A stretch of DNA of 64,000 nucleotides from Lingula anatina (GCA_051362555.1 CM120647.1:16840651-16904650), one strand, 5' to 3'. Positions 40,435-52,846 are shown, numbered from the stretch's first letter. A program made the numbers and translations. Notes: generated by a model from the letters alone, not told the origin.

Positions 40435-41064
40435 ATTAACGAATGATTGAATACGATTTCAAAATGGCGCTCATTTCCGTCAGTCATTTTATCTAGTGGG
40501 TTGTGATAAATGAAGTGCAAATTGGGTTTGTCCAAGCATGAATTAAAAACTCTGGCAGCCTGGCCACGTCGGGTGAGCCGACTTATCTTAAATTATGTCA
40601 CTCCGAAGTAAAATAATAGTATGTGTTGATTTTAAGATTATCTTTATAAAATGACTATCAAACTGACATATGTAATCCTAAGAGTGAGTTTGCATTTATC
40701 AAAAAACGCTATCACGTAGCTGTAAAACAATTTTACAGTCTTTATTTCCTTAAGACAAACAAACCGTTCCTAGATTATAATATATGTACGATAACACATG
40801 GATGAATAACAGTCACATTATTCCAAGGTGAATTAAATATCGAATAGCTCAAAAAGTTTTGAATTATTTTGAGGTGAAGTATGCGTTCATAAATATGCAA
40901 AGCCACATGCCTTTAAAAAAGTCACATTACGGTGAAGTAGTTGTTTCTCGAGGTTCGCATCTGATCGCATCGCATCGATTGGTAGGCATACATACAGCAA
41001 CACCATCAACAACAACAACAGTAACACGCATACAAACACAACAACATCAATACCACCAATAACA

Positions 41065-41095
<31 letters not shown>

Positions 41096-41336
41096 CACAC
41101 ACAGCAACTTTTAACTAATACAGCTTCATTAAGTCATTGGTCTGCCTAATTGCACTTGTGGTTTTAGATTGAGAAGATAAACAAGATCGCCAATGCATTC
41201 ACCGTTAATTTTGGTGAAAAAAGTTTTGTCTTTATATTCCATTTATGTATTTGTTTTGGCGCAAATCGCTTAATTTGTTCGTAAAGATGAAATTAACGAA
41301 TGACCATGTCCATATCAACTTTCACGCCTAATGTTG

Positions 41337-43990
41337 TTACATTTCGACGCCAAACAGTTTCCAAACAAATAAACCGAAGAAGAAATCCACAACTTCAGCC
41401 AAGGTCATCAAAGTGCTACCCAAAACGAGGCCAAGTGCTCCGCCAATGTCGGCCAATAACGCCAACGCGCTGTAGGCTTTTTGTTGTACAACCTCCTCGT
41501 AGGACATTTCGGAATAGTAGATAAACACGGAGAGAAAATTCTGTGATACTGCTTCCTGTGTCGTCCGCAAAATAGCTGCGGTTGTCCTCATTGCTGTCTC
41601 CGATAGCCTTGCTGAAGATAGACTGACGTCGTATTTGAAGGAGTCACATGGCGTTTTACAGCCACACTCTCGCAGGTAGACGCTTTCCGTTATAATCAAC
41701 TTTAAATTATCGACGCAGACTCTGCTGTCTTCCGGGGAACACTCCCTGTATCCGGGAACTCTGGGAAATTGGGTCAGGCGGCAGCCGCACTTCGTCAGTG
41801 TAAAATTGTGACTGAAATACCGTACGTTTAGCATTAAATCGAAAGTCCACACATGTACAATATACATTTCATCCTGAGAACCATTGTCATGTCAACGTCA
41901 GTGAAATGACCGCATTTTATCTGAAGACAAACAAAGTCCATGAACTTTATATGGTTATATTGAAACAACCAGTATTATATGACGTGAACACGTTTTTAGC
42001 CTGAATTTTAATTAATGGAATTCTTCAGTACACACCTGTAGCCAATGGGGGTTCGTGGGGTTCCAAAGACCCTCTTTTTTGACGGAAAAAGGTCCCATCT
42101 GTGTAAAATGTTATCTATAGGTACACAAAGATTTTATGGTAAGGGGTTCAATTCTTCAGACACACCCTCCCTCCCCCATTTTGAAATTTCTGGCTACGGG
42201 CCTGCCGGTATGTCCTTAATCTTTAAAGTTTGTTTGAAGTAAAGTGGGGATAAGAACCATACATACAAGCACTCTGCATGACAATTGGCTTTGCTGTACT
42301 TGTTGTAGTAAACCAGGGGTTTCTCACCACACTTCCCGTGTGGCGGAGGAAGGTTTATCAACTGGAAAATAATGTGTAAGATGTATGATTATCATAAAGT
42401 AGTTCGTTCATATACAGCAATTTGGCAGCAGTATAGATTCCATGAACTATATAAGTTACTGAAAGGAATAATTACTGACGCCAAGGAGACAATGTTTTTA
42501 CCTCCGTGTGTCACTCTATCTTTCTGTTCGTCACCAGCATAACTCAAAATTATGGATGGGCTTGGATGACATTTTTAGCATGGGTCTGAAATGGGCTACT
42601 TCGAAGCTGATAAAATTTTGGTGGTGATCTGGGTTATCCTTCACCCAATTTCTATATCTAGATGGGATTCTACACTATCACGAGATAAGGTTAATGACCC
42701 CGACCCGCTGTGCAATAGGTGTGTTCTCAACTATCACATTTCACCTCGGAACAGGTCTGCGCTCTCTTTATGCCTTTTTGGTTTCAAATTGATTTACAGT
42801 TGCGCAAAATTGTACATAATCTTGTAAATTACACCTTAGATGATGATTATTTAACACAAGCTGAACGATTCTTTCTAACTGTTAGCCTACAGCCAACTTT
42901 GTCGAAGGTCTTCAGGCTGACTGCATGGCTGATTGAGTGACAGTGAGCAACGGCAACTACTCACTTCATATTTGTAGGTTACAGACAAGACTGAGGTGCA
43001 TTACAGTAGTAAAATTCGCTGAAGATTTAATTGGCAATGAATTAATAAACGAACTAATAATATAAATAAGAAAAACTAAAGAAAGAAACGTACGCGCTTT
43101 AGTTTGAGGGAAACACCGGTAAATCCCCCGGATGAAATCAGAGTGCCAAGATTAATGTCGGGATGGTCACCAGGACTATGAACGATAATCTGAAAAAAAA
43201 ATTATAACAATGTAAAAAACTTTCAATGGTAAGGAGTAGGTTTCAGTTATCGAGGGTTTCAGCTGCTAGTTCTCTCCCGAAATCACATCAAAAACATCAA
43301 GCAAATTTATACATGTAGCCCTACCACGGGAAGAAAATCGTCAATTCAGATAGCAACAGATAATGGCTTATCATTATTAGGCAGATCATTATCATAATTG
43401 CATAATAGTTTATGAAACGTCATCACAAGTTTCAGAAAGCGTAACTTAAAGAAATCCCAAAGGGCATTGTCTTAAATTTCAAATTTCAAAAGGTTTTTTT
43501 TTGAAAAAGTGGACCTTTTCCCATAAAAACTTCATGTACCTAGATCAAATTTTCCCCAGAGTGAACCTTTTCCTAGCAAAAGGGGCGGTTCTTTCAACCC
43601 CCGGGCATGGGGAATAATAATGCACAGTTGTTATTTTAACTAACTGTCTTATATTTATCGCATAAATTTGATATTATGTGGTGCAATAATGCACATGACC
43701 GCAATTTTTTCTGAGGCATTACTTGATGCTTTTGGACTTCTAACTCATCCACAATACAGCTAACCCTTACCAAAAAGCCGGCTGGGTACGCATAGGACAC
43801 ATAATCTCTTTGTTTGGCCAAGAGGGTCATGCCAAATCCGTATCCTGAACCTTGGGTTTCAAGATTTTCCTCTCCTCCTGGAATACAGTTATCCCCAAAC
43901 TGTACATTCAAATAGTTTTTTAGTTTATTTTATAATTAAAAATAATAACAACAGCAGCAACAACCATAATAACAACGACAACAACAACAA

Positions 43991-44034
<44 letters not shown>

Positions 44035-47000
44035 ATAACTGTTTTGTGAACACTAAAATGCAGGTAAATTTTTCTGGCTCTCAGTACAACTCTATACGCA
44101 TGTGTATGTGTGCATATGTTTCAAGGACGACCAAATAAACCACATTACATTAATTACAAGTAAGTGTAATGGTTGTGATGAGTAAGTTCTTGTTTAAGCT
44201 GTGCAAGCCTGCAGAATGTGCTCAAACAATCTGACGTCAAGAGCATTGTAAAACTCAATACGCGTAAATAAAATATACATTTCATTTGACATTTTGACTG
44301 CACAAGGGGACACCGTCGGAAGCGGAACACAAATGTAATACTAGATATTGTAGAACACCCAATGCGATACAGGGGAAAACAATGAAGTGATAAGCTGCAG
44401 CTTTAGTATTGTTAATTACCTGCATTAAACTGATAGCACAATCCAATTTCTGTAATGATCGGTGTGAAATCATGCTTCGTACAATTAGTTTTCTTCCAAG
44501 TACACTGGAAGGAGTGAGAACACTGATAAATGAAACATACATTCAATCACTTTTCAGCCTCAAACAAAATAAAGGACAAATAATTTCTACGCATGCGCAC
44601 TCCCTGCATGTGCACGACAGGGACAAGTTTGGAACACGACTTTGGCAGACATAAACATGCTTTTATACATGTGTAATAAAATAAAGATCTCGCTACAGAA
44701 AACCTTCCTATTGTTTGATACAAGACCCATAAAGAACATATTAATGGAAAGTTTTTTTAAATTTCATATTACGGATTCAAAGTCAACTGTGACGATGTAG
44801 TGTGTTAGATGAGATTATTTTACATTGCTACCGGTAGATGTCTCTATAAGTAAAGTGTTGTCCGGTGTGCAAGTTTGAATCTCTCCCGTGATTGGTAACC
44901 TAAAGGTAAAACTGTTCACTGTATAGTTGGTTCTGATTGGTAAATGTGTACTATCTGAACTTTATAAGGTCCGACTTGAAATAAATCGGTCTCGTCTCTT
45001 GGGGCTTATCTCTTTGGTTATTTGGCTTTATGTTCTTGACTCTCTCTGTGTTTAACTCTGAGATACCAGTAAGTACATTGTTATTTGTACCTTCATAAGG
45101 CACTCGGCCGCGAAGGCGTAACAATTGGCGCAGTCGACAGGATTGAATTTTGTGTAGCTAACGTTGTTAGAGGATACAATTTGTGTAGCATATGTTGTTA
45201 AATTGACAGAATTCAATTTGTGTAGCTAACGTTGTCAATTTACGGGATAGAATTTGTGTAGCTTGTGTAGTTAGAGGATAGAATTGGTAGTTATTAGTGA
45301 TATTAGAATTTTTGAAAAGCTTTGTGTATGACTGAGTGAGAGTTGGAAAGATAGTGACACGTGTTAGTCGGGACTTGTTGCAAGACGCGAATTAGTCGGA
45401 ATATATTGCAGTGATATTTCATTTTCATTGTTGTTTATTACTCGCGGCAATTCAGTAAATATTTTCAGTTTAGAATTCATTTTAATAGAGATATTTTGTA
45501 TTACTTTTCTGTTGTAATACTACAATTGGAGACATTGCGGACCACGTGTAGTGAGTAGTAGTCGGAAAGACCACGTGTAGTGAGTAGTAGTCGGACAGAC
45601 CACGTGTACTGAGTAGTAGTCAGACAGACCACGTGTAATTACAGGCCCGTGCGTGTAGAGCCTTATGTTGTAATTAGAATACAGAACATTATTTAGTGAG
45701 TTTATTTACAAAGAAAAGCATTTATTTAAAATAAAGGTTTCAAATTTGTGTTTTTTACTGACTTGCTGAATGAAGGAGTGAGTGTGAATTGTTTATTGTA
45801 TATTTTTATCAATATTGCAATAGCATATATTGATAGAGTACTATTCTACCTTGTTCGTCTGTGTTGAAAGTGTTTCATCATAGGTGTACATGTGAGTAGG
45901 TTGAATAGTGAGAGAGATTTGTTTGTATTTACTGTGAAGTTTAGTAGTGGCTTTTTGCTGAAACTTTCTTCAAACAGTAAAGTGTGGTAGTGGTGAAAGT
46001 ATTTTATTGTGTAGTTTTTGTGGCACAGCTGCATTGCTATTATCAATAAAATTGTGTAATAGGTTGTGGGGAAACTGGAAGTGAAAATGGCTTCGGGTAA
46101 TGTAGAAAGTAGTGTTGTGTTGAATGTGCAGATAGCATCTGAGACAGAATTGAAAAATTTGAAAGGAATTGGTCCAGTGAAAGCTCATAGATTGGTGTCT
46201 TTGAGAAATCAAAAAGGAAAATTGCTGTTGAGTGATTTGGAAGAAATTACTGGTATTAGTGTAGCAGAATGGCAGAAATGGGAAAAGAAGGGTAATGTGA
46301 TTCTGGGTGTAATGGAAGAAAAAGATGAAGGTTCAAAAGTTGGAGATGAGAAAAAGGAAGAGAGTGTGAATTGGGAAGAAAAGTATAGAAAGTTGATGGA
46401 GCGATTGAAGGTACAAAATGAAATGATAATAAATCTTCGAGATGAGGTAGAAGAAGCAGGAGAAAAGATAGAATTTTTATCTAGCGAATTGGAGATGAAT
46501 GATGCTAAAGTGAAAAAGTTGGAAGTTGAAAATTCAGAAATGGCAATTGATTACAAAAAGTTGAAACAAGAGAGGAATGCATTGGAAGATGAGAAATCTG
46601 TGTTGGAAAATGAAAAGAGTGCATTAGAAAAAGAGAAATATGCTTTGAAAAGTGAAAAGTATAGTTTAGAGAGTGAGAAGTGTGATTTGAAAAATGAAAA
46701 TGATATGTTGAAAGAAAGAAATGTGAAAATTCAGAGTGAGTTGGGAAAAACTAAACAAGTGTTGATGAAAAAAGAAATGGAAATGGAAGAAGAGTGTCGA
46801 GAGTATTCCACAAAAGAAATGATGTTACATACACAGGTTGAAACACAGAATGAATTGTTGAAAAAACGAGTAGAAAGTTTGCAGAAGTGTGAAATTGAAA
46901 AAATGGATTTGAAATTGCAATTGGATGAAATGACAGCGCATCATGATCATTTGCAAACTCAGTATGAAAGAATGCATTTACAACAGGATTTAGAAAAAAT

Positions 47001-49762
47001 CCCAAGGCCAACTCCTAGAAATATTGAAAGTAGACCCACACCTGCACCTAGAAGTAGTAAAAAGAAAAGTTTGGAAACCCCTGTGAAAAAGCCAATACTG
47101 AAAGTAGAAGAGAGTGAAAGTGATAGTGAAAGTGAATCTGAATTTGAACAGAAAAAAGTTCCTTTAGTTGAAAGAGAAAAAGGACCTGTTCATAAAATGC
47201 CTAGTTTTAGTGGAAATGGAAGAGAAAATTGGGAAGCTTTTGTATTTAAGTTTGAAGGAATGGCAGAAAGATATGGTTGGAATGATAAAAGAAAAACTAG
47301 CAGAATGATTGAATGTTTGGAAGACAGAGCTCTTGAGTATGCGGTGGAGTTTGGAAACTGCAAATATAAACGTTTGAAAGAAGTGATGTCAAAACGTTTT
47401 AGTATGAAAGAGTCTGCTTCATCTTCGCGTAGAGCACTTCAATCAATGAGACAGGGTGAAAGTGAATCTTTGCAAGATTTTGCTCATCGTGTGTTCATGG
47501 CATCTAGAGAGGGATATGCAGAAGGTGGTGAAGGAATAGCTGTGGATTCATTTTTGAGAGGGTGTCGTGACAAAGAATCTGCAAAATTGGCTATGGATAA
47601 AGAGCCTAAAGATTTATTTGAAGCTTTAGAGTTTGTGAAAGTTGCAAACAATAACTTCAAAGCAGTGTATGGTACAGGTGGGAGAAATGTGCATATTAGA
47701 CAAGTTGGAATGTCTGATCAGTGTGTGGAGAATGGAAGTGGAAATCAATTACTCTACAACATACAAAGAACCATGTCTGCTATGTGTGATCAGATGAAAA
47801 GAATGAATGACACATGGGTGTCACCGTCAAATTCTCAAAGAAATCCTAGTAGAATGATAAAGTCACCACAGAATGGAAACATAAATCAAAGTAGAGGGGG
47901 TCCACCACAATGTTTTAAATGTGGAGAAAGAGGTCATGTTCAAAGGGATTGTAAAAATGAAATTGTAGAACATCCACCTAATCCCAATGTTAGTAAAAAT
48001 GCCAGCCCAATTTCTATTTTGATTTGTCATAAATGTGGACAGAGAGGTCACATTCAAACAAATTGCCCTCAAAATAGAGAAATGCCAAAAAATCCTCCTC
48101 CCGGTGCAAGAAATTCGGTAAACTAGAACGGGACGAATTGACCGACCGGATTTCGGATCCCTTACTTCATGTTGAAGGTCGGATTATGGATAGTGGAAAT
48201 GTGAAAATGATGAATGTTGGAGAATTAGTGGGAGAAAATTTTGTGATTCCTGTTAGTGTAGGTGGTGTGAAAACATTAGCAGTTGTGGATACGGCAGCTC
48301 AATTTACTATAGTAAATAAAAGATTTTATAGTAAATTGCAGGGTGTGCCTGAGTTTTGTGAGACTTTGAAATTAATGCTTGCTGGAAAAAATGCATTTAT
48401 GATGGGTCGTAGAGTAGAAAATTTGAGTATTGAGATTGATGGGATAGAATATAAGGAAAATGTATATGTTGCAGATTTGCAAGAAGGAATTGATATGTTG
48501 TTGGGATTGAAGTTTTTGAAGGAGAGAAATTGTGTGGTGAATTTAGTTGATCATATTTTGATCATTGGAGAAAAATGTGTACAGGGAAGCATAGAAGTTG
48601 AAGGTGACTCTGATTTGAGTAAAGTGAATGGTGAGACGGAAGCTAAGAGTGATGAGAAATGTGTTGATGAATTAGAGAAAAGAGTTGAAATTTGTGAAAA
48701 TGTGGTGAGAACGAAAAAGAGAATAGTAGTTCCTCCATTGACGGTGATGAGAATTTCTGTTTGTGCATATTATGAGTTAGAGAAAAAGAAAGAGTATGTG
48801 ATAGAACCTTGTGTTGATAGACAAGTGTTGGTATCTTGTGCATTAGTTAAAGGTGATGATGTTGTTCCTATAGAAATAGTGAATGATGGAGAAAGAAATG
48901 CTGTTTTGAAAGCAGGTAGTGTGTTAGGTGTTATTAAGGAAGTTGAGACAGTTGATTCTGAAGTGAGATGTAAAGATGTAGATGGAAAAGCTAGGGTGTC
49001 TGCTGTGAAAAAAGCTGAAATGAAGTTGAAAATAGATGAAAATATGGATAAAGAAGTGATGAGAAGTTTGAAAAGAGATTTGCCTGAACATTTGCAAGAT
49101 TTATTTGAAAGATCAAGTGAGGAGCTTGATTCAAATGAAATGGTTGCATTGTGTGAGACTTTGAGAGATTATGAGGATGTATTTGCAAAGCATGATCTTG
49201 ATTTAGGATGCATGAAAGGTGTTAAGCATACTATTAACACTGGTATTGCAGCTCCTGTGAAACAGAAATTGCGTAGAACTCCATTGGGAATGGAAGGAGA
49301 AGAGAGAAAGATGCTTGAAAAGTTGTTAACTTCTGATGTTATTCAGCCGTCAAATTCTGAATGGGCATCCCCACCAGTATTGATAAGAAAGAAAGATGGA
49401 AGTGTTAGATGGTGTGTGGATTATAGAAAATTAAATAAGAAAACTGTCAAAGATTCTTATCCTATTCCAAACATTGGTGATTGTTTAGATTGTCTGACTG
49501 GAAATCAATTTTTGAATTTGATTGATATGGCTGTGTTAGGAAAGAATTTTGAAGATCATCTTAAGAATTTGAAAGAGATTTTGGAGAGATTGCGTTCTTA
49601 CAACTTGAAGTTAAAGCCTAAGAAGTGTTTTCTTTTCCAAACAAAGTGTGAATTCCTAGGAAAGTCTTTCAGTAGAGAAGGTGTTGGTTAGAAAATGAAC
49701 CGAAAGAGTCAGTTGTATTGTGTAGTATGGCTATGAAAGAATTGTGGAATTACAAAGAGCAA

Positions 49763-49843
<81 letters not shown>

Positions 49844-51734
49844 CTGAGTTATATGGGAAAAGAAAGAAAATAGACGTGTTTAATTGTACCAGAAGATTTG
49901 GTCAATGAAGTTTTGTTTTTCTTTATTTGAATGAGCTTTATATTGAAGTAATATGTGTACGTACAAATGTAGTAAATGCGGCAATGCTGTAATACTATGT
50001 TATTAATGGAATACTATGTTAATAATATATTATGTTAATAATCATTTGAAAGAAAAGCTCATTATCATGTTAGTAACATTCAAGAAAATAAACCATTGTA
50101 TAAGTTTATTCAGATATGGATTTAGACATACTAGATGAAGCTTGTTTTGTCCCGGATTATGATGACACTGATTTGGTGGAAGATCCTACTGTCCTAATTG
50201 GTGAAGAGGGGAGAAAGCTACCCACTCAAAGTGCAGAAGGAAGAAACAGAGGAAAGAAGTCCAGTGTGGTTTGTGTCTAGTGTCCAGGGCTGACCTGAGT
50301 AGACATCTTGGACGTCATGTGAAATTTGTTCATTTGCCGTGGTATATGACTCCAGGATTGGTGTGCTGGTATTGCAGATCGATGGAAAAGGACAATTCGC
50401 TTTTACGTAAATGTCATGGTGATGTTCATTCGTGTGGAACTGGTGAATTCGAGAAAAAACTGTGGATCCAGTTGGTGAATGGATTTATACATTTCCTGAT
50501 ATTGACATTAAATATGAGAAATATATGGGAACTGATGGACTATGTGCAAAATGAAGGACTAATAATGTTGCCAGATAACTGTTCCAATGAGGACATTAAC
50601 TTTGTGAAAATATACATTTATGGAAATGGTATGGAGCCTAAGACTGAGGTTCTGAATTCTTTGTTTCACTGGAGAACTTTGTATCATCTGTTAAAAAAAC
50701 TTTCATCAGAGGATCGTGAACTCAGTAGTCATTGGTATCGGCGGATGGAATTTACTTTGTTGCATGGATGAAAAATGAACTATATAATGATTTGACATTT
50801 CACATTGACATTGTTATCATTAATTATGTTGTTTTGTGCAACTTTGAGTTAAAATCACTTTGTTTGCTTTTAAAGTTGATTAAAGTGATAATAATATACT
50901 ATAAATGTATACAATTTTAGAATACAGTAGCATTATAATGGTAGGAGCGAACGTACAATGTAGCGCAGCTATAAATAGAGCTTTATATATATATATATAT
51001 AAATCAAAACCTACGCGGAATAGTGCGGTGTAACACGAATGATAACCCTAGGGTTGAAAGTCTGGTCTCACTTACAGTACATGTGATTAGTACAGGTTTG
51101 TGAAAGTCGAAGTATTGGGGTTCAACTATGGAAGGAATGTCACCTGATTAAAGTAATGAGGAACGGACTACGTTTCCTAGCGGTCTACCATTCCTGTCAC
51201 ACCGGTTCACGTAGAATGTTATTAACTTACCCAAAATAATAATTCCTCAAGTTGGAAACCATTTCTCATGTGGAAATCGGTCCAATTGATATGGCTAAGG
51301 TTATACTGCGACCAGTCAACGTTTACAAATGGACTGAAAATATTTCCTAACTCACTCTCGTTATTGGCAGCCAAGTTGCTAGCCTTTAACGGACTGCTGT
51401 TACAGATGGTGATCGCAGGAAACACCAGAGTGTCGTTTGGAACAACCTCCATGTTTAAGGTTGCCGGGTTAGAGAGGTAGTAGTCAAATCGGTTCTTCAG
51501 GTGGAAGATTAAGAAACCAAATCCTATTAAAACGAAGCACAGCCAGATCAAACGTCTTATTGGAGAATACTTGGGGTTGGTGGATTGTTTTAATCCCAGA
51601 ATACTAACCTCGCCTGCAAATGTGGCTAATTTCTCTTGCGTCGAAGACGTCTGGTCAATTTCAGAATCTTTAGTTGCTTCGTCACCAATTTTCCCCTTTG
51701 GTATGTCTGTCGGAGTTACACGATTGGGGTTCAT
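41337..51734 (-). CDS. DEG/ENaC subunit a, copy B, ~453 aa; exons 51734-51231, 44504-44420, 43877-43771, 43189-43094, 42361-42267, 41811-41337
   Basis: All splice sites and frames are conserved relative to copy A, with a 6-nt in-frame deletion in exon 3. Intron 1 holds the Gypsy element. Confidence 0.9.
44788..45123 (+). repeat. 5' LTR (TGTGACG...CGTAACA, 336 bp)
   Basis: TG..CA termini with a short inverted repeat, a TATA-like tttataag and an AATAAA inside. The PBS follows 2 nt later. Confidence 0.82.
45126..45143 (+). promoter_or_regulatory. Primer-binding site, probably tRNA-Ser
   Basis: TGGCGCAGTCGACAGGAT is complementary to a tRNA 3' end ..AUCCUGUCGACUGCG-CCA, resembling invertebrate tRNA-Ser. 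Confidence 0.75.
46087..48126 (+). CDS. gag: Gag: N-terminal HhH domain, coiled coil, capsid-like region, two CCHC knuckles
   Basis: Uninterrupted ORF (ATG 46087 assumed). MPSFSG..WEAF..FE..A..YGW capsid-like motif, RQ..ESL..FA.R motif, CFKCGERGHVQRDC and CHKCGQRGHIQTNC. Confidence 0.9.
   Translation: MASGNVESSVVLNVQIASETELKNLKGIGPVKAHRLVSLRNQKGKLLLSDLEEITGISVAEWQKWEKKGNVILGVMEEKDEGSKVGDEKKEESVNWEEKYRKLMERLKVQNEMIINLRDEVEEAGEKIEFLSSELEMNDAKVKKLEVENSEMAIDYKKLKQERNALEDEKSVLENEKSALEKEKYALKSEKYSLESEKCDLKNENDMLKERNVKIQSELGKTKQVLMKKEMEMEEECREYSTKEMMLHTQVETQNELLKKRVESLQKCEIEKMDLKLQLDEMTAHHDHLQTQYERMHLQQDLEKIPRPTPRNIESRPTPAPRSSKKKSLETPVKKPILKVEESESDSESESEFEQKKVPLVEREKGPVHKMPSFSGNGRENWEAFVFKFEGMAERYGWNDKRKTSRMIECLEDRALEYAVEFGNCKYKRLKEVMSKRFSMKESASSSRRALQSMRQGESESLQDFAHRVFMASREGYAEGGEGIAVDSFLRGCRDKESAKLAMDKEPKDLFEALEFVKVANNNFKAVYGTGGRNVHIRQVGMSDQCVENGSGNQLLYNIQRTMSAMCDQMKRMNDTWVSPSNSQRNPSRMIKSPQNGNINQSRGGPPQCFKCGERGHVQRDCKNEIVEHPPNPNVSKNASPISILICHKCGQRGHIQTNCPQNREMPKNPPPGARNSVN
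48117..49691 (+). pseudogene. pol: Pol: aspartic protease plus RT with the catalytic core deleted; RNase H and integrase lost
   Basis: AVVDTAA protease motif. WASPPVLIRKKDGSVRWCVDYRKLN and LKLKPKKC RT motifs are present but there is no YxDD. Frame is -1 relative to gag. Confidence 0.88.
50116..50771 (+). pseudogene. Third ORF of the LTR element (acidic N-terminus, two Cys/His zinc-finger-like motifs), frameshifted and truncated
   Basis: ATG at 50116 right after tttattcag. MDLDILDEACFVPDYDDTDL, then after a frameshift CGLC..RHVKFVH-LPWY..CWYC..H...H. Confidence 0.55.
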
Positions 51735-52846
51735 TTTTTAAGACTTTGGTTCAAACAGATCATGTCTCTTTACCTAGATGAAATGTATTTCAAGGCATTC
51801 CAAATCATAGTTAACACCAGTTCAACCGATCAAATAAAGTTTAGTGTGCTTTGCGTCGCACACCTCGTACACTGTACTAAAGCTTGATTTCTACTGCAGT
51901 ATTTAAGCTGTAGATAATAGACAAGTGTCAATAAAGCATAAACCATTTTAGTACTATACAATTGGCCAATAAGGACACTTAGTATAACCATGTCGCGATT
52001 GCTGTGAGAAACTTTTAAAATACCGCCATAATGAAGCACAACCCCATTAGGCAAAGGATGACATAAGTCCACAGTATTAAAACGTATCTTCAATAGTTGG
52101 ACGATTGATTTATCCAGGTTTTCAAATATTTGATGATAAAAGAAACAGGAATAGCCTTTCACGCCGTTATTTATGTATCTCAATTTAAGGCCCACAAAAT
52201 CAATGTTTCACATAATTGCTAAGAAGTTATTGTATTGGTGATAATGATCCAATTTTCCAGTTGGTTGTTTAAATACTAACACCAGAGTTAAATTTCCACA
52301 TGTACACGTACCATGTAACAAAACCAAAAACTCGAAGACCCACACTTCCTATTGATTACTTATGGTTCTGAAATGAGAGTGATACGTACGTTTCAGGTGG
52401 ATCGAAATAAACCCTCGCTATTCAAACATACACACAGCGTTTAATGTGTTTACCATGAACACGTAGATGTGCACTTACTATTGATTTCTAGGGTTAACAT
52501 TTTTTGCTAAATGCGTTACATAGGAATTGGAATTATGCAAACCATGCCATGCACCGTTCTAAAAACAAAGTATGGCTTTCAGACTATAAAATTCGATATA
52601 CACTATCACTTTGTCAACTCAGAGAGAAATGTATTTTAATAGAAGTGAATGATCTCTCTTTCGTGATACAACATCGCAACCAAGCACTTAACATAAAGTA
52701 AAAAGAGTAGGTTATATACACATCCAGGCAACCCGTGGTAATCCCAATCGACATAAATATCGACATATTTCAAACGACATAATTGTTTAAAATTAGTGCA
52801 CAAATGGTCAAACATCGATTGATCATTATATTTTACGTGAATGTGA

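Larger units (their letters stand above)
44788..50900 (+). mobile_element. Gypsy/Metaviridae-type LTR retrotransposon, internally deleted and lacking a 3' LTR
   Basis: Has a 5' LTR, PBS, gag and protease-RT. Copy A shows the empty site (agtcaac|acaattaatgtatacaat, ~11533-11556). Right boundary is approximate. Confidence 0.92.

Noticed and set aside
45540-45637. CRISPR-like array
   Set aside because: The units are contiguous tandem repeats with no unique spacers, there are no cas genes and the context is eukaryotic.
50770-50910. 3' LTR and TSD of the Gypsy element
   Set aside because: No copy of 44788-45123 and no polypurine tract are visible. The end appears deleted, so insertion age cannot be estimated from LTR divergence.
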